From Auanema rhodensis (Eukaryota; Animalia; Nematoda), in contig OZ059897.1 in assembly GCA_964057225.1 (NCBI GenBank), positions 2,790,001-2,854,000 of the forward strand: DNA of 64,000 nucleotides, read 5' to 3'. Shown one piece after another: positions 61,401-64,000 of this stretch. The notes under the pieces were generated by a model. It worked only from the letters and a program-made list of their open reading frames with translations. It had not been told where the DNA came from and searched no databases. Positions within the stretch are counted from its first letter, which is position 1, and every line of letters starts with the position of its first letter. A program made the translations under genes and the position numbers.

Positions 61401-64000
61401 CTTTGCCTTAAAAAAAGAAATCTAAAAACTCCTACTTTTTGTGAAATTATTTAGAAATTTTTCGGGAAAATTTTTGTCACAATGTTTTTGGAAGCAATGT
61501 TGAGTGTACATGGGAACTCAGCATACACTAATGCATTATTTTTCAAACGATCATAACTAATTTTTGTATAGAGCGTTTCTCAATGTAGTATAGTGCATTC
61601 GATGCGGATTTTTAAGCTGCGTTGATCTGTGTTATCAGATTTGAGTTAGCTTAAAAATGCACCGAGATATCAACTGATATATGTTCACACTTATATCCTC
61701 AATTTTCACCCTGAAGAAATGATTTTTTCGTTGAATAACATTGTCCATCGTCTTCGTCTTGAAAAAAGGAATCTAAAAACATCTACTTTTTGTGAAATTA
61801 TTTAGAAATTTTTCGGGAAAATTTTTGTTAAAATGTTTTTGGAAGCAATGTTGAGTGTACATGGGAACTCAACATACACTAATGCATTATTTTTCAAACG
61901 ATCATAACTAATTTTTGTATAGAGCGTTTCTCATTGTAGTATAGTGCATTCGATGCGGATTTTTAAGCTGCGTTGATCTGTGTTATCAGATTTGAGTTAG
62001 CTTAAAAATGCACCGAGATATCAACTGATATATGTTCACACTTATATCCTCAATTTTCACCCTGAAGAAATGATTTTTTCGTTGAATAACATTGTCCATC
62101 GTCTTCGTCTTGAAAAAAGAAAACTAAAAACATCTACTTTTTGTGAAATTATTTAGAAATTTTTCGGGAAAATTTTTGTCAAAATGTTTTTGGAAGCAAT
62201 GTTGAGTGTACATGGAAACTCAACATACACTAATGCATTATTTTTCAAACGATCATAACTAATTTTTGTATAGAGCGTTTCTCAATGTCGTATAGTGCAT
62301 TCGATGCGAATTTTTAAGCTGCGTTGATCTGTGTTATCTGATTTGAGTTAACTTAAAAATGCACCGAGATATCAACTGATATATGTTCACACTTATATCC
62401 TCGATTTTCACCCTGAAGAAATGATTTTTTCGTTGAAAAACATTGTCCATCGTATTCGTCTTGAAAAAAGGAATCTAAAAACATCTACTTTTTGTGAAAT
62501 TATTTAGAAATTTTTCGGGAAAATTTTTGTCAAAATGTTTTTGGAAGCAATGTTGAGTGTACATGGGAACTCAACATACACTAATGCATTATTTTTCAAA
62601 CGATCATAACTAATTTTTGTATAGAGCGTTTCTCATTGTAGTATAGTGCATTCGATGCGGATTTTTAAGCTGCGTTGATCTGTGTTATCAGATTTGAGTT
62701 AGCTTAAAAATGCACCGAGATATCAACTGATATATGTTCACACTTATATCCTCAATTTTCACCCTGAAGAATTAAATTTTTCGTTGAATAACATTGTCCA
62801 TCGTCTTTGCCTTAAAAAAAGAAATCTAAAAACTCCTACTTTTTGTGAAATTATTTAGAAATTTTTCGGGAAAATTTTTGTCACAATGTTTTTGGAAGCA
62901 ATGTTGAGTGTACATGGGAACTCAGCATACACTAATGCATTATTTTTCAAACGATCATAACTAATTTTTGTATAGAGCGTTTCTCAATGTAGTATAGTGC
63001 ATTCGATGCGGATTTTTAAGCTGCGTTGATCTGTGTTATCAGATTTGAGTTAGCTTAAAAATGCACCGAGATATCAACTGATATATGTTCACACTTATAT
63101 CCTCAATTTTCACCCTGAAGAAATGATTTTTTCGTTGAATAACATTGTCCATCGTCTTCGTCTTGAAAAAAGGAAACTAAAAACATCTACTTTTTGTGAA
63201 ATTATTTAGAAATTTTTCGGGAAAATTTTTGTCAAAATGTTTTTGGAAGCAATGTTGAGTGTACATGAAAACTCAACATACACTAATGCATTATTTTTCA
63301 AACGATCATAACTAATTTTTGTATAGAGCGTTTCTCAATGTCGTATAGTGCATTCGATGCGAATTTTTAAGCTGCGTTGATCTGTGTTATCTGATTTGAG
63401 TTAACTTAAAAATGCACCGAGATATCAACTGATATATGTTCACACTTATATCCTCGATTTTCACCCTGAAGAAATGATTTTTTCGTTGAAAAACATTGTC
63501 CATCGTATTCGTCTTGAAAAAAGGAATCTAAAAACATCTACTTTTTGTGAAATTATTTAGAAATTTTTCGGGAAAATTTTGTCAAAATGTTTTTGGAAGC
63601 AATGTTGAGTGTACATGGGAACTCAACATACACTAATGCATTATTTTTCAAACGATCATAACTAATTTTTGTATAGAGCGTTTCTCATTGTAGTATAGTG
63701 CATTCGATGCGGATTTTTAAGCTGCGTTGATCTGTGTTATCAGATTTGAGTTAGCTTAAAAATGCACCGAGATATCAACTGATATAGGTTCACACTTGTA
63801 TCCTCGATTTTCACCCTGAAGAAATGATTTTTTCGTTGAAAAACATTGTCCATCGTATTTGTCTTGAAAAAAGGAATCTAAAAACATCTACTTTTTGTGA
63901 AATTATTTAGAAATTTTTCGGGAAAATTTTTGTCAAAATGTTTTTGGAAGCAATGTTGAATGTACATGGGAACTCAACATACACTAATGCATTATTTTTC
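25476..64000. repeat. 351-bp tandem satellite array, right of retrotransposon (about 110 monomers, continues beyond window end)
   Basis: Same monomer and orientation; it resumes at GATCTGTGTTAT exactly where it was interrupted at 18944. Confidence 0.99.

Noticed and set aside
1-64000. CRISPR array or bacterial RT system
   Set aside because: No unique spacers and no cas genes; the RT sits in a standard LTR-retrotransposon polyprotein.
1-64000. Calling the array a centromere or a named satellite such as the Drosophila 359-bp repeat
   Set aside because: Function cannot be read from sequence, the period is 351 rather than 359, and I do not recognise the monomer.

Overview
Eukaryotic, AT-rich, gene-free heterochromatin-like window. 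About 57.5 kb is one head-to-tail satellite array with a 351-bp monomer (about 54 copies left of the insert, about 110 right), highly homogeneous and organised into local higher-order repeats and larger block duplications. A single 6,531-bp Ty3/Gypsy LTR retrotransposon (18945..25475, minus strand) interrupts it. The element has two identical 351-bp LTRs, a 4-bp GATC target-site duplication, a tRNA-Pro-type PBS, a PPT and one gag-pol frame (Gag/CCHC-PR-RT-RH-IN-GPY/F, no env, no chromodomain seen). Most notable points: the LTR length equals the monomer length; the LTR ends are TG...CT; an in-frame TAA splits the N-terminus of the polyprotein; the insertion lies in a long inverted repeat of the monomer that resembles MITE-like TIRs; and an empty-site paralog of the insertion locus exists near 47.9 kb. 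The PBS and Pol motifs suggest a nematode host (inference). All comparisons were made by eye. I found no evidence of a wholly new gene system beyond these satellite and retroelement observations.
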